Below, piece by piece: positions 52,088 to 64,000 of a stretch of 64,000 nucleotides of DNA. Numbering within the stretch: position 1 is the stretch's first letter; every line of letters starts with the position of its first letter. This stretch comes from Octopus sinensis. Lineage: Eukaryota. Under the pieces are notes generated by a model, which saw only the letters and a program-made list of their open reading frames with translations, had not been told where the DNA came from and made no database searches. The DNA is taken from NCBI RefSeq assembly GCF_006345805.1, contig NC_043011.1, forward strand, positions 29,772,464-29,836,463, read 5' to 3'. A program made the position numbers and the translations under genes.

Positions 52088-52372
52088 CAGTGGTTTCCAA
52101 ACTTTTTCAGGTTGCCGCACCCTTGGTTCTAAGGTCACATTCCTAGTGCCCACCCCCCACTCACCATAACAGTCATAGATCATTTTCTGAAGCAGATTCA
52201 AAACAACAGTATTTCACAAACAAAACTCAACTTAATTAACCCTTTATTTTAATTTTTTTTACCTCCATTGCCCTGTTTTGGTCACCCCATTATTGCCCCA
52301 CTTTTCTTCAATGCCCCACTGGATCTTGCCACTGCACCCAAGGGGTGGTGCCACTCACTTTGGGAACCACTG
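52088..52372. mobile_element. hAT/Charlie-like MITE
   Basis: TIRs cagtggtttccaaact / actttgggaaccactg; 8-bp TSD gtatagag / gcatagag (7/8). Confidence 0.85.
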
Positions 52373-53848
52373 GCATAGAGGAACAGAGATAGGTGTCTTG
52401 TTGTAGAGTAGGTACATGGATACCCCAATTGGAAGAAAAAGGAGAGTGAATTAGAGAGTAAGATAAGGAGAGCCGGTGAGTCAGAGAGTAAGATAAAGAG
52501 AGCAACAGTAAGAGAGATGGTGGTGAAGATGTGTCGGGATGCATCCTTGAGGGACATTATGAGGATGGGGTGAGAATAAGTGAGGTGACATAGAGGTTTG
52601 GACTAGATGAGTGGGCAGGGTAAAGGTGACTGTAGTAAATGTGAAGAGAAATATAGGAGAGGCTCAGGGGCAGGGGTTTCAGTAGATATGTAAAGGCATT
52701 GAGGGTGATAGCAGATAAGTGAGGTGTTATTGATGGAGAACAACATAGGGGAGAGAAAGTACAGAGAGGAGATAAATGGTGAAGACAGCAGACAAGGGAA
52801 GATAATGGGCATTGGAAATGGTTCAGGGTGAAGGAAGTAAAAAAAAACTGAGAAAGCAGAAGGATATAGTATGAGCCTATTCTGTTCTCAGGTGATAGAG
52901 AAGTGATGGATGTGAACATCTATGTACACATATCATGTAGCTTGCAAATTTTCATATTTAATATAGAAAATAATAGCATTTCTCAGATCATGGGGTGACC
53001 TGCTGTGCTTGAGGGAACCTATTGAGTCAAGTACATCAACATCAAAATGAAAATCAAATGGAATTGTAGTTGTGATACCCATGCCAGGGGCATGTAAAAA
53101 GCACCATCTGAACGTGGCTGATGCCAGCGCTGCCTTGACTGGCTTCTGTGCTGGTGGCAAGTAAAAAGCACCAACCGATCGTGGCCGTTTGCCAGCCTCC
53201 TCTGGCTCCTGTGCCAGTGGTACATAAAAAGCACCCCCTACACTCTCGGAGTGGTTGGCATTAGGAAGGGCATCCAGCTGTAAAAACACTGCCATATCAG
53301 ACTGGAGCCTGGTGCAGCCTCCTGGCTTCCCAGACACTGGTCGAACCGTCCAACCCACGCTAGCAGGAAAACGGATGTTCAACGATGATGATGATGATGA
53401 TATTTTTTACTTAAAGCATAACTATAGATCGATAGAAGCAAGGCAAGTGAAGAACGCAAATATGCACCCATGCATGCACATACACACACAAAATCACATA
53501 CAAAAACTCACCCCTCCCTATACACACACATATATATATATTTATGTACTTGCTATTGATGGATGGACCAATAAAACATAATTTTATACCTTTATGTGGA
53601 ATTTGGGTGTGACTCGGGGATGAATTTCTTCTAATATATATTTCAATTACTCATGTAATGAACACTCTGGTTAATGAACAGGTTTCCAGTATGGATTATA
53701 TTTGTATATAGGTAACCGATACTATATATGTGTGTGTGTGTGTGTGTCTGTACCTGCACATGCATGTGCATGTGTGTATGTTTGTGTGTGTGTGTGTGTG
53801 TGTGCGTGTGCATGCATGTGTGTGTATATGCATGTGTGTATATATGTG

Positions 53849-53885
<37 letters not shown>

Positions 53886-54025
53886 TGCGTGTGTGTGTGT
53901 GTGTGTGTGTGTGCGTGTGTGTGCACGTGCATGCATGTGTGTGTATATGCATGTGTGTATATATGTGTCTATGTGTGTGTGTGTGTGTGTGTGTGTGCGT
54001 GCGTGTGTGTGTGTGTGTGTGTGCG

Positions 54026-54175
<150 letters not shown>

Positions 54176-56179
54176 ATGCGTGTGTTTCGTTGTTTTGGCA
54201 TCACATGGTTGTTGTAAACAAATGTCATTTATTTCCAATATTCATTTCTGAAAACATGTCTGATCATAGGGAAATATTACCATGTTTGGAATCAGGTGAA
54301 GGTTGGCAGCAGGAAGGGTATCCAGTTGTAGAAAATCCACCAAAGCAAATTCCGTCTGACCCAAGGAAGTATGGAAAATTGGATGAAAAGATGATGATGA
54401 TGGTGATAATGATTATGATGAGCAGTGGAGGCATATGGCCTAGTGGTCAGGGTGTTGGGCTCATACTTACAAGGTTGTAAGTTCAGTTCCTGAACAAGAG
54501 TTAACACATGGTATCTTTGAGGAAGGCACTTCGTTTTGTTGTAAAGGAACGGTGGTGTAAAGGCAGTGGTGTAGTCCCCTCTCTGTCCAGCAGTCAGATC
54601 GTGGAGGCACAATGGCCTAATGGTTAGGGAAGCAGACTCACGGTCATTAGAACGCAGTTTCGATTCCCAGACCGGGCATTGTGAGTGTTTATTGAGCAAA
54701 AACACCTAAGCTCCATGAGGCTCCAGCATGGGGACAGGGGGCGGGTGAACCCCGCTGTAATCTTTCACCACAACTTACTCTCACTCTTTCTTCTTACTTC
54801 TGCCACATAGCAGAGCAACCATGGTGTAACCCACTATTGTGTGGTAAACTGTCAGACCCTAGTCTAGATTGCGAATCCTCTGTACCCCAGGATGGTTCAG
54901 CTCTCCACCCATTAAAAGCCACCATTTAAGGAATGAGGATAACAACATAGCTTTCGTGCCTGTGCAGTCTATCGCATGTGGTGGGTGGATCTTCAAGTTG
55001 CCACACGCATTCTTAGTTGCTTAGAGTAGGCTCGAATTAGAGATTTCCTTTGTGGCTAATGGTGTGAGTCCTAATTGGAAGAAGAAGAAGAAGAAGAAGA
55101 AGAAGAAGAAGAAGAAGAAGGAGGAGGAGGAGGAGGAGGAGGAGGAGGAGGAGGAAGAAGAAGAAAAAGCAGTCACATCTGCAATGTTTTTGCTGGGTCA
55201 AAGTTAGGAAAAGCCAAGAAGATGCCCATGTCTGCTTGCGACTACACAGATAATGGAAACAATTAGTGTAAGCAAGATACCAGCTACCGTGCCATACTTG
55301 CCTGTGAATGCACATGTGTGTGGTGTGTGTGTGTGTGTGTGTGTGCATGCGTGCACACATGGAAATAGAGACAAAGAGCAGGATATACAGAATAGGTGTG
55401 GTGGTGGGGGGACACACTAGAAGATGCAATATTTATGTGTCAAGTTGGTCACTCTTGTTTTCTCTGTAAGAATGATGAATTACCTTCAGTGTTTCTTTAT
55501 AGACTTTTGCCAAACTCTCAATACACTACTGTGTTCAATAAATACATATATATATTTATCTACTGTTTCTTGGCAGAATTACAAGACAATAATCGTGTGT
55601 GAACAACCTTCAAGTCATTGTCGTTGCTGTTGTTGTTATTGTTACTGTTGTTGTTGTTGTTGTTGTTGCTGTTGTTGTTATTGCCTTACATCTCTCCAGA
55701 TCAACCGTGATCAAACAGGTTTCTGATCAAACTTGTTCATGGTATTCAAACATCATAGATTAAAGTAAATATTTGTTATTGCAATCACACTCTTTAGATG
55801 TAACATATATCTTTCATTTTACTTTATTTGAGTTACTGGACTGTGGCCATGCTTGAGCACCACTTTGAAGAGTTTAGTCAAAAAACTTGACTCCAGTTCA
55901 TAATTCTTTAGTCTGGAACTTACTCTATCGATCTTGTTTGCCTAACCACTAAGTTAGGCAACTGGCAAACCATCAAGTTCACTCAGCTGGCAAAAATGAT
56001 TAGTAGCTGTATTTCAAAGCTGTATTATGCTGAATCTCCCAGAGAACTATATTAAGAGTACGTGTGTCTGTGGAGTGCTCAGCCACTTGTAAATTAATTT
56101 TATGAACAGACTATTCCGCTGATCAGGTCAACTGGAACCCTTGTCGTCATAGGTGATGGAGTCTCTCTCTCTTTTTATT

Positions 56180-56409
56180 CTCTCTTTTACTCTTTTACTT
56201 TTTTCAGTCATTTGACTGTGGCCATGCTGGAGTACTACCTTTTAGTTGAGTAAATCGACCCCAGGACTTATTCTTTGTAAGCCTAGTACTTGTTCTATCG
56301 GTCTCTTTTGCTGTACTGCTAAGGTACGGAGATGTAAACACACAGGCATAAGTTGTGAAGTGATGTTGTGGGGACAAACACAGACACACAAACATATACA
56401 CACACATAC

Positions 56410-56498
<89 letters not shown>

Positions 56499-56630
56499 CA
56501 TATATACAATGGGCTTCTTTCAGTTTCTGTCTACCAAATCCACTCACAAGGCTTTGGTCGTTCCACACAGTAGGACTGAACCCAGAACCATGTGGTTGAT
56601 AAGCAAGCTACTTACCACACAGCCATGCCA
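56180..56630 (-). mobile_element. Family-A SINE
   Basis: Reverse complement of the reference copy, small internal deletion. Confidence 0.8.
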
Positions 56631-57423
56631 GTTATATATATAAAAAAAAAACCCCACTAAGTTACAGGGATGTAAACAAACCAAAACTGGCTGTCAAGTG
56701 GTAGTGAGCAACAAAGAGATTACAGACCCAGCACTTCATTTATAACCTCAGACAATCCACAGTACTTGTTTCTAACTAACATACTGAAAATAGTTACTTT
56801 CTATTTATAGCTGAGCTGTTAGAATTATAAGAGTCAGCCAACTAACTGCAAAATACTTGAACCAACCAAATATTCAGATTTGTCAGCTTCAGATCTTTCA
56901 TCAAACACTCTTTTTCTTGTGCAAAGAAAATGAGGATAAAACTTTCAGTCAATGAGTCAATATAAGTGCTTCTGCATGGTTTCTTTACCTGTTAAAAGCA
57001 GCAGTTATATCTCCTTTAAAATCACAGCCTCGTCATCATCATCATCATCATCATCTTCACCACCACCACCACCACCACCACCACCACCACCACCACCACC
57101 ACCACCACCACTACCACCACCACCACCTCCATCAGCACCATCATCATCATCAACATCATCATTTAACGTCCACTTTCCATGCCGGCATAGGTTGGACAAT
57201 TTGACTGAGGACTGGCAAACCAGATGGCTGCACCAGGGTCCAATCTGATCTGGCAGAGTTTTTCTACAGCTGGATGCTCTTCCTAACGCCAACCATTCCA
57301 AGAATGTAGTGGGTGCTTTTACGTGCCACCGGCACGAGGGCCAGTCTGGCGGTACTGGCAACTATATATGTGTGTGTGTATGTGTGTATGTATGTGTGTG
57401 TGTATGTGTGTGTGGGTGTGGTT

Positions 57424-57481
<58 letters not shown>

Positions 57482-57735
57482 GAAGAACGAAAATGCTACT
57501 TTTTTAAAATTAGGTACATTTAAATTTCTTTATATAAATACATAAAAAAATTGTAGGGAAAGGTAAAAACGACGGAGTGAATGATGTAAATCCAGGTGGC
57601 ATTTTCCACAATACACAAAAGATTCCACTATCCCTCACCCTAATGGCAGTGGGTGGGGGATTAAGGATTTGAAATGGAAACAGTTGCTTCTGACAAGACC
57701 CAATGGAAGGCATGCTTGAGAACTCTGCTCCCATG

Positions 57736-57911
57736 CACTAGCATAGCTGGGATGGGAGTGGTGGTGGGGCAGTAGAGGTAGTCCACCCTGGGTGGCACTT
57801 TTAAAGGGGTGGCACTTTTCATCCTGCTGTAGACAATATGTTCTTTGTGGGATCCAGGGGTGGAAAACAGGAGGGCTGCCCCGGGTGGCACACACTCTAG
57901 CTATACTAGTG
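57736..57911. mobile_element. hAT-like MITE
   Basis: TIRs cactagcatagct / agctatactagtg; perfect 8-bp TSD ctcccatg at 57728-57735 and 57912-57919. Confidence 0.85.
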
Positions 57912-58324
57912 CTCCCATGCCCAGACTTATGCCTTGGAGGGTGCAATTCCATGGTCATTCATTACCGAAGGGGGTCTTTTATCCTGAAAGGGTGAAAGGT
58001 AAAGTTGACCTCAATAGAATTGGAATTAAGATGTAAAGATATACAAAATACCATTAAGTATTTTGTCCTGTGTGCAAACAATTCTGCCAATTCCTCCACC
58101 TTATAATGCTGCATCATAACAAGCAACATTCAATGCAATGCTATGAAAAGAGAGATAATGTGCTCATCAGCAACAATCTTCAGTTATTACATGGAAATCA
58201 TCAACCAGGGTTTTCAAAAGTTACGGTGACCTTCGAAACTTTTATCTCTCTTTAAACAAAATATTGATTAATGCTTTACACAACCATTTGCAAATACACA
58301 CACGCATGCACACACACACACACA

Positions 58325-58365
<41 letters not shown>

Positions 58366-58603
58366 TTGACATACACATGCATGAACACAGATACATAAAA
58401 CACACACAGATATGTGCTTCACAGAGACAGAGATGCATACACACACACTTATATACTCACACCCACCTACACATGCATACACACACACACACACACACAA
58501 AGAAACACACACATATTGACATATGCATGCACACAAATACAGAAAACACACACAAATACTTGCTTCACAGAAACAGAGATGCATATACACCCACCTACAC
58601 ATG

Positions 58604-58635
<32 letters not shown>

Positions 58636-59129
58636 GAGACTCACATGCACACACACAACTTAGAAATTCAAATTTTCTTTTTATACATATTTTGATCAAG
58701 TTGAGAATATAAGAAAATTAATTAATTCTTTAATTCTGTGGACAATTAACTGTACAGAACCAAAAGACTATAAAATTTAATTTTCGATACGTTTTTCCTA
58801 ATGAATAGGATAATGATATTAAAGTGATATAGCAGAAACAATGAAAATAATAGCAATATTATATTTACCGACAGAACTTTCAGTAAATTCATAATTATGA
58901 AATATAAGAAAATTACAATGGAATATTTCATTAGTTTACTTTACGTCATAAATATAGGAGTGGCTGGGTGGTAAGTAGGTTGCTTACCAACCACATGGTT
59001 CCAGGTTCAGTCCAAGGTGCCACTGCGTGTCACTTTGGGCAAGTGTCTTCTACTATTGCCTTGGGCCAACCAAAGCCTTGTGAGTGGATTTGATAGATGG
59101 AAACTGAAAGAAGCCCGTCGTATATATGT

Positions 59130-59346
59130 ATGTATATACATGAGAACACCATGTTGAATCGTTAGCTCCTGCACGCATTTTTTTTCTCTCCTTGTTTCTT
59201 TTCTGTGTATCTTTCTGTCGAAGAGCGTAGGCTCGAAATGTAAAAGACTTGTTCTATTTCTATTCCTGAGCGCCATACTAATACAATTGTTTGTTTGTAC
59301 TCCACCTGCCTTCGTCTTTTGTTTATTTTCGTAAACCTTCCCGTTA
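59130..59346 (+). mobile_element. Short PLE-like repeat nested in the TA tract of a family-A SINE
   Basis: Hammerhead motif plus ttcctgagcgcca..taat; bounded by (TA)n. Confidence 0.6.
59210..59247 (+). ncRNA. Minimal hammerhead-like motif
   Basis: tcttt CTGTCGA a gagc gtag gctc GAAAT GTA aaaga: perfect 5-bp helix I and 4-bp helix II; A6 mutated. Confidence 0.55.
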
Positions 59347-59360
59347 TATATATATATATA

Positions 59361-59481
59361 TAATCAAAATAAACAAGGACATCCAGAGGTAATGCAGTAC
59401 GATCATTTCATGAGTCTCCTTTACATTTTAAATTGATCATACTACATTTCCTCTGGATCACCTTGTTGCTTATTTTTATTA
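59361..59481. repeat. Short foldback (~44-bp arms)
   Basis: aacaaggacatccagaggtaatgcagtacgatca versus tgatcatactacatttcctctggatcaccttgtt. Confidence 0.7.
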
Positions 59482-59565
59482 TAATCACCCCATTTTGAAT
59501 TATATGGATAATACCATATAAATTCTGGTGCCTTTAACTTAAGTACCATATTCATCTGAATCTGC

Positions 59566-59605
<40 letters not shown>

Positions 59606-60187
59606 TTGTGTGTCTGTGTTTGTCCCCCAACATCACATGATAACCGATGCTGGTGTGTTTACGTCACTGTATCTTAGCGGTTCAGCAAAAGAGACCGATA
59701 GAGTAAGTACTAGCCTTACAAAGAATAAGTCCTGGGGTTGATTTGCTCGACTAAAGGCAGTGCTCCAGCATGGCCACAGTCAAATGACTGAAACAAGTAA
59801 AAGAGCAAGTAAAAAGAGTATAATGAGTGCATGCATATGTATATATACGTGCATATGTATATGTATGCATGTGTGTGTGTGAGTGTGTGTGTACCTATTT
59901 GTATGTGTGTGTGTGTTTGTGCACATGTGCAGATACACAGGGTAGCTGAAGCCAATTTGTGCAAACAAATTGATTTTGTTGATTTTTTTTTTTGCTGGAT
60001 GCTGAAAAAAACCAAATGGGAAAGGTAGTTATGTCGATCACCTAGCAAAATCAGATGATTTCTTTCCCTGTTTACAATTCTGTTGGTTCTTTAATGTGTT
60101 TTGAAGAGAAATTTAAACAGTTTATCCGCACCTGAGATTTTCAATTATAATATTGAATTTCTGAATGTCGGTGAAGTTTATGAGGAT

Positions 60188-60626
60188 GGTGGCTGTGTGG
60201 TAAGTAGCTTGCTTACCAGCCACATGGTTCTGGGTTCAGTCCCACTGCATGGCATCTTGGGCAAGTGTCTTCTACTATAGCCTCATATCGACGAAAGCCT
60301 TGCGAGTGGATTTGGTAGACAGAAACTGAAAGAAGCCAGTCGTATATATAAACTAAAAGACGGTGCTCCAGCATGGCTACAGTCAAATGACTGAAACTAC
60401 TAAAAGAGTATATTTATATATATAAATTAATCAAAATAAAAACATGATGCCAAGGATTCAGCGGTACATATGTTTCGGGCCTTTATTAGACGGATTTATA
60501 ACAATGCATAATGTGTGTCTATGGCCTTCTTCAGCCATGCACAATTACTACCTCAAGGACATGTATTACATCAAAAATTCTACGTTGGGGATGCAAATCC
60601 TCTCATTCGCGTACTCACCCTGAATT

Positions 60627-60668
<42 letters not shown>

Positions 60669-61095
60669 TATAGGTATATGTATGTGTGTCTGTGTTTGTC
60701 CCCCCCAACATCGCTTGACAACTGATGCTGGTGTGTTTACGTCCCTGTAACTTAGTGGTTCGGCAAAGGAGACCAATAGAATAAGTATTAGGCTTACAAA
60801 GAATAAGTCCTGGGGTCGATTTTCTTGACTAAAGGCAGTGCTCCAGCATGGCCACAGTCAAATGACTGAAACAAGTATAAGAGTAAAAGAGAGTAAAGAG
60901 TATACACGAGTGTCTAAATGCAGCTGCACAGGTAAGACCACAGGTAAGACCTTGTGGTTTACAAATTTGCTTTGTAACCACATGGTTTCAGTCCCAATGC
61001 TCTGCACCTTGGGTAAATGTCTTTTACTATAGCTCTGGGCCAACCAAACACTTGGGAGTGAATTTGGTGGATGGAAATTTAGGGAAAACTGGCTA
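60188..61095 (+). mobile_element. Cluster of family-A SINE pieces (60188-60410, 60680-60900, 60940-61095)
   Basis: Head and tail motifs of family A. Confidence 0.7.
60461..60537 (-). ncRNA. Minimal type-I hammerhead-like motif with intact core
   Basis: tgg CTGAAGA aggcc...ggccc GAAAC ATAT GTA ccg; palindromic ACATATGT helix III. Confidence 0.6.
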
Positions 61096-62355
61096 TATAA
61101 AAAAAAAAAACATGTCAAAACTAACCACACTTGTGCTGGTGCCACGAAAAAGCACTCAGTCCACTCTGCAGGGTGGCTGGTGTTAGGAAGGGTATCCGGC
61201 TTTAAAAACCCTGCCAAAACAGACATAGAAGCCTGGTGTAGTCTTTTATCTGGCTGGCTCCTGTCAAACCATCCAATCCATGCCAGCATGGAAGGTGGAC
61301 CTTAAATGTTGATGATGGTGATGATGATGTTGATGATGATGATGATGATGGTGGTGGTAGTGGTGGTGGTGGTGGTGGTTTCGATGATGATAATGATGAT
61401 GTGCGTGTGTGTTTGTGTGTAAAGAGAAAGGAAAAGAAAGAAGGAGTTATAGATAGATATCATTTAATGAATACAGGAGTTATGTGTAAGCTATTTCATG
61501 TATCATGTCATCTAATTTTGTTTTGAATCATATATTTTGCCATACTTCCTACTTGTAAATGCATGGTTAGCCCATAAGAGAGAGTTGTACTAGTAAGGCC
61601 AATGTAACAGTGAGAATCCTGAAGTTTGCAACTTTCACTTTTATAGTTAACTTGACAGGCTACATTGATCATTTGCACCTTGCTTTCTGGTTTATATATA
61701 CTTGTGGTGTGCTATTGACAAAGAGATTTTCGGCTTTGTTTTGGTGTTTTTGGAGTGCATAATTGATGGGTGCAATTGCAATAATCAAATTGATATATGA
61801 CAGCTGCAATATAAGGATAATAATATTGAAATAACCTTTAGCAGGAAAATCTTCATGAATTCAATAAGCATATAAAAACAACACATATTCCAAATATATT
61901 TCGTTCTGGAGAATGAGACTGTGAAAATCTGGAAACATTGGATATGAATTTCAGAACTTTATCATTCCAAACAATTTCAATAAAATCTATATCTTCTATA
62001 GCATGCATTGAGCACCCCTTTCTCATTCATCCAACATACAGAGTAGTAGTAAAGTTCATTCCTGAGTCATATAGACCCATAGGGCCAATTTCCTGATTTC
62101 CATGGTGTATATATTTTCCACCTGGATGGAGCATCAGTCCATGACAGAATTACTCATCTTTGTCAGCTCAGTGGACTGGAACAAAATGAAATGAAGTGTG
62201 TTGCTCCCGAACACAATGTGTTGCCTGGTCCAGGAATTGAAACCACAATCTTATGATCATGAGTCCAACACCCTAACCATTTAGCCATGTGCCTCCACAT
62301 CATCCAACATAAATCAACATATTTCTATATGTGTATATACTTATACATACACGCA

Positions 62356-62387
<32 letters not shown>

Positions 62388-62496
62388 TATGCATTGATAT
62401 GTATCTATGAATTTATAGATACATATGCATGTCAGTGTGTATGTGTGAGTGTGTATGTAGATTGATAGATAGATAGATTGATATATATATATATAT

Positions 62497-62577
<81 letters not shown>

Positions 62578-63439
62578 GTACAAGCATTTATGAGCAATAC
62601 CTTCATTAGATATTGTGGTCCAGCAACCCAAGTTATGGTTCATTACCTTTTTGAAGTTGAGGATTAATCAGAGGTGTTTGTAGACTCAGCTTTTGAAAGC
62701 TTCTAATCCAATTGCTGACATGTTTCAATTACCTAATCACACACACATACACACACACAGAGATGCTAATCCGTATACATGAAAGAAATTCTGTTTCATC
62801 GAAATTTATAAATTTCATTTATTACAATTCCAATGTCAAATGCTCTGTTAGCAGAAAAGACTGTCAACCATGGCAACTATCTCGACAGAAGCTATGAACA
62901 ATTAACAATTGCCATTGCATGGTCTTGCAATATCTAAGCAATTCAGGGAAAGCGTCAAAGCTTCTTTAAGCCAACCAATCTTTTAAATGTTATCATACTG
63001 GTTTGTTTGGTCACTTATCACCTCCCTGCCACGCACACACATACACATCAACTTCCCTCTTTTTCTGCCAAGGGGAAAAATGAACATTGAAGCACGTATT
63101 TTTCTGTGTTTTCTTCTTCGTTGCTTCATATATAACATTAACCAATCAACTATAAAAATTGCTTAATCTTAGCATCATTTGGCAACAATTTTCTTTTGCT
63201 TTTCCTGTTTCTTTCTTCTTTTTTTTTTTGGAATGACTAATTTTAGGTAGACATGGGTATGAGTGTATAGTTAAGAAGCCTGAATCTCAACCACTTGGTT
63301 CTAAATTCAATTCTAATATATGGCACCAGGAGCTGATGTCTTCTTCAACTATAGCTCTGGGCTGACCAAAGATTTTGTAAATGTGAACGAACAAAAAAAG
63401 TCCATCATACACACTATACATACAAACATACCTACATAC

Positions 63440-63474
<35 letters not shown>

Positions 63475-63649
63475 AAATAATAATGTGTGTGTCAATCTCA
63501 TATATCTGTGTGTATGTGTGTGTCTGTGTGTGTCTATGTGTGTCTCAACAAATTTCATCCAGTCCATGCAAGCATAGAAAAGCAGATGTCAAAAAGATGA
63601 TGATGATGATGATGATGACTACGATGATGATGATGATTAATAAAATAAT

Positions 63650-63777
63650 TACCGAGCTCATGGTTCCAAGTTCAGTCCCACTGTGCGGCACCTTGGGCAA
63701 GTGTCTTCTACTATATAGCCTAGGGCTGACCAAAGCTTTGGGAGTGGATTTGGTAGACGGAAACTGAAAGAAGCCCG

Positions 63778-63821
<44 letters not shown>

Positions 63822-64000
63822 GTTTGTGTGTGTTTGTGTGTCTGTGTTTGTCCCCACCAACATCGCTTGACAACGAACAGTTATGTGTTTACATCCCCGT
63901 AACTTAGTGGTTCGACAAAATAAACTGATAGAATAAGTACTAGGCTTTCAAAGAATAAGTCCTGGGGCTGACTTGCTCTACTAAAGGTGGTGCTCCAGCA
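63650..64000 (+). mobile_element. Family-A SINE running off the window end
   Basis: Co-linear with the reference copy. Confidence 0.8.

Larger units (their letters stand above)
58957..59820 (+). mobile_element. Family-A SINE with nested PLE-like and foldback insertions
   Basis: Head 58957-59125, tail 59580-59820. Confidence 0.75.

Noticed and set aside
62863-62878. ccatggcaac RFX/X-box-like site
   Set aside because: A single imperfect motif with no nearby promoter evidence.

Overview
AT-rich, repeat-saturated eukaryotic DNA. The SINE families, (GAT)n-tailed RTE fragments and dense (TA)n/(CA)n/(GATA)n/(GGT)n microsatellites look like an octopus genome (inferred from repeat content, not proven). 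Almost every long ORF in the six-frame track is a microsatellite artefact. Recognisable protein homology is limited to transposons: a young RTE LINE 3' end (24.1-25.1 kb), a decayed BovB-like RTE (47.6-48.4 kb), a decayed Penelope-like RT (9.4-9.9 kb), an internally deleted Chapaev3-type transposase (35.9-36.5 kb) and a hAT transposase C-terminus (17.1-17.3 kb). There are also hAT MITEs with target-site duplications (TSDs), a non-autonomous Helitron and several foldback elements. Host-gene evidence is weak: a good plus-strand 63-nt exon at 277-339, a possible terminal exon at 10711-10788, and a CpG-rich candidate promoter/first exon near 45.6-45.8 kb. I could not name the gene(s). The most interesting signal is nine minimal type-I hammerhead-ribozyme-like motifs with palindromic helix III. 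Three of them sit in a tRNA-headed SINE whose 3' tail carries the hammerhead instead of a poly(A) or simple-repeat tail. Both copies of that SINE are 5'-inverted, and one has a perfect 12-bp TSD. This suggests a Penelope-mobilised, ribozyme-carrying SINE. All coordinates and alignments were read by eye.
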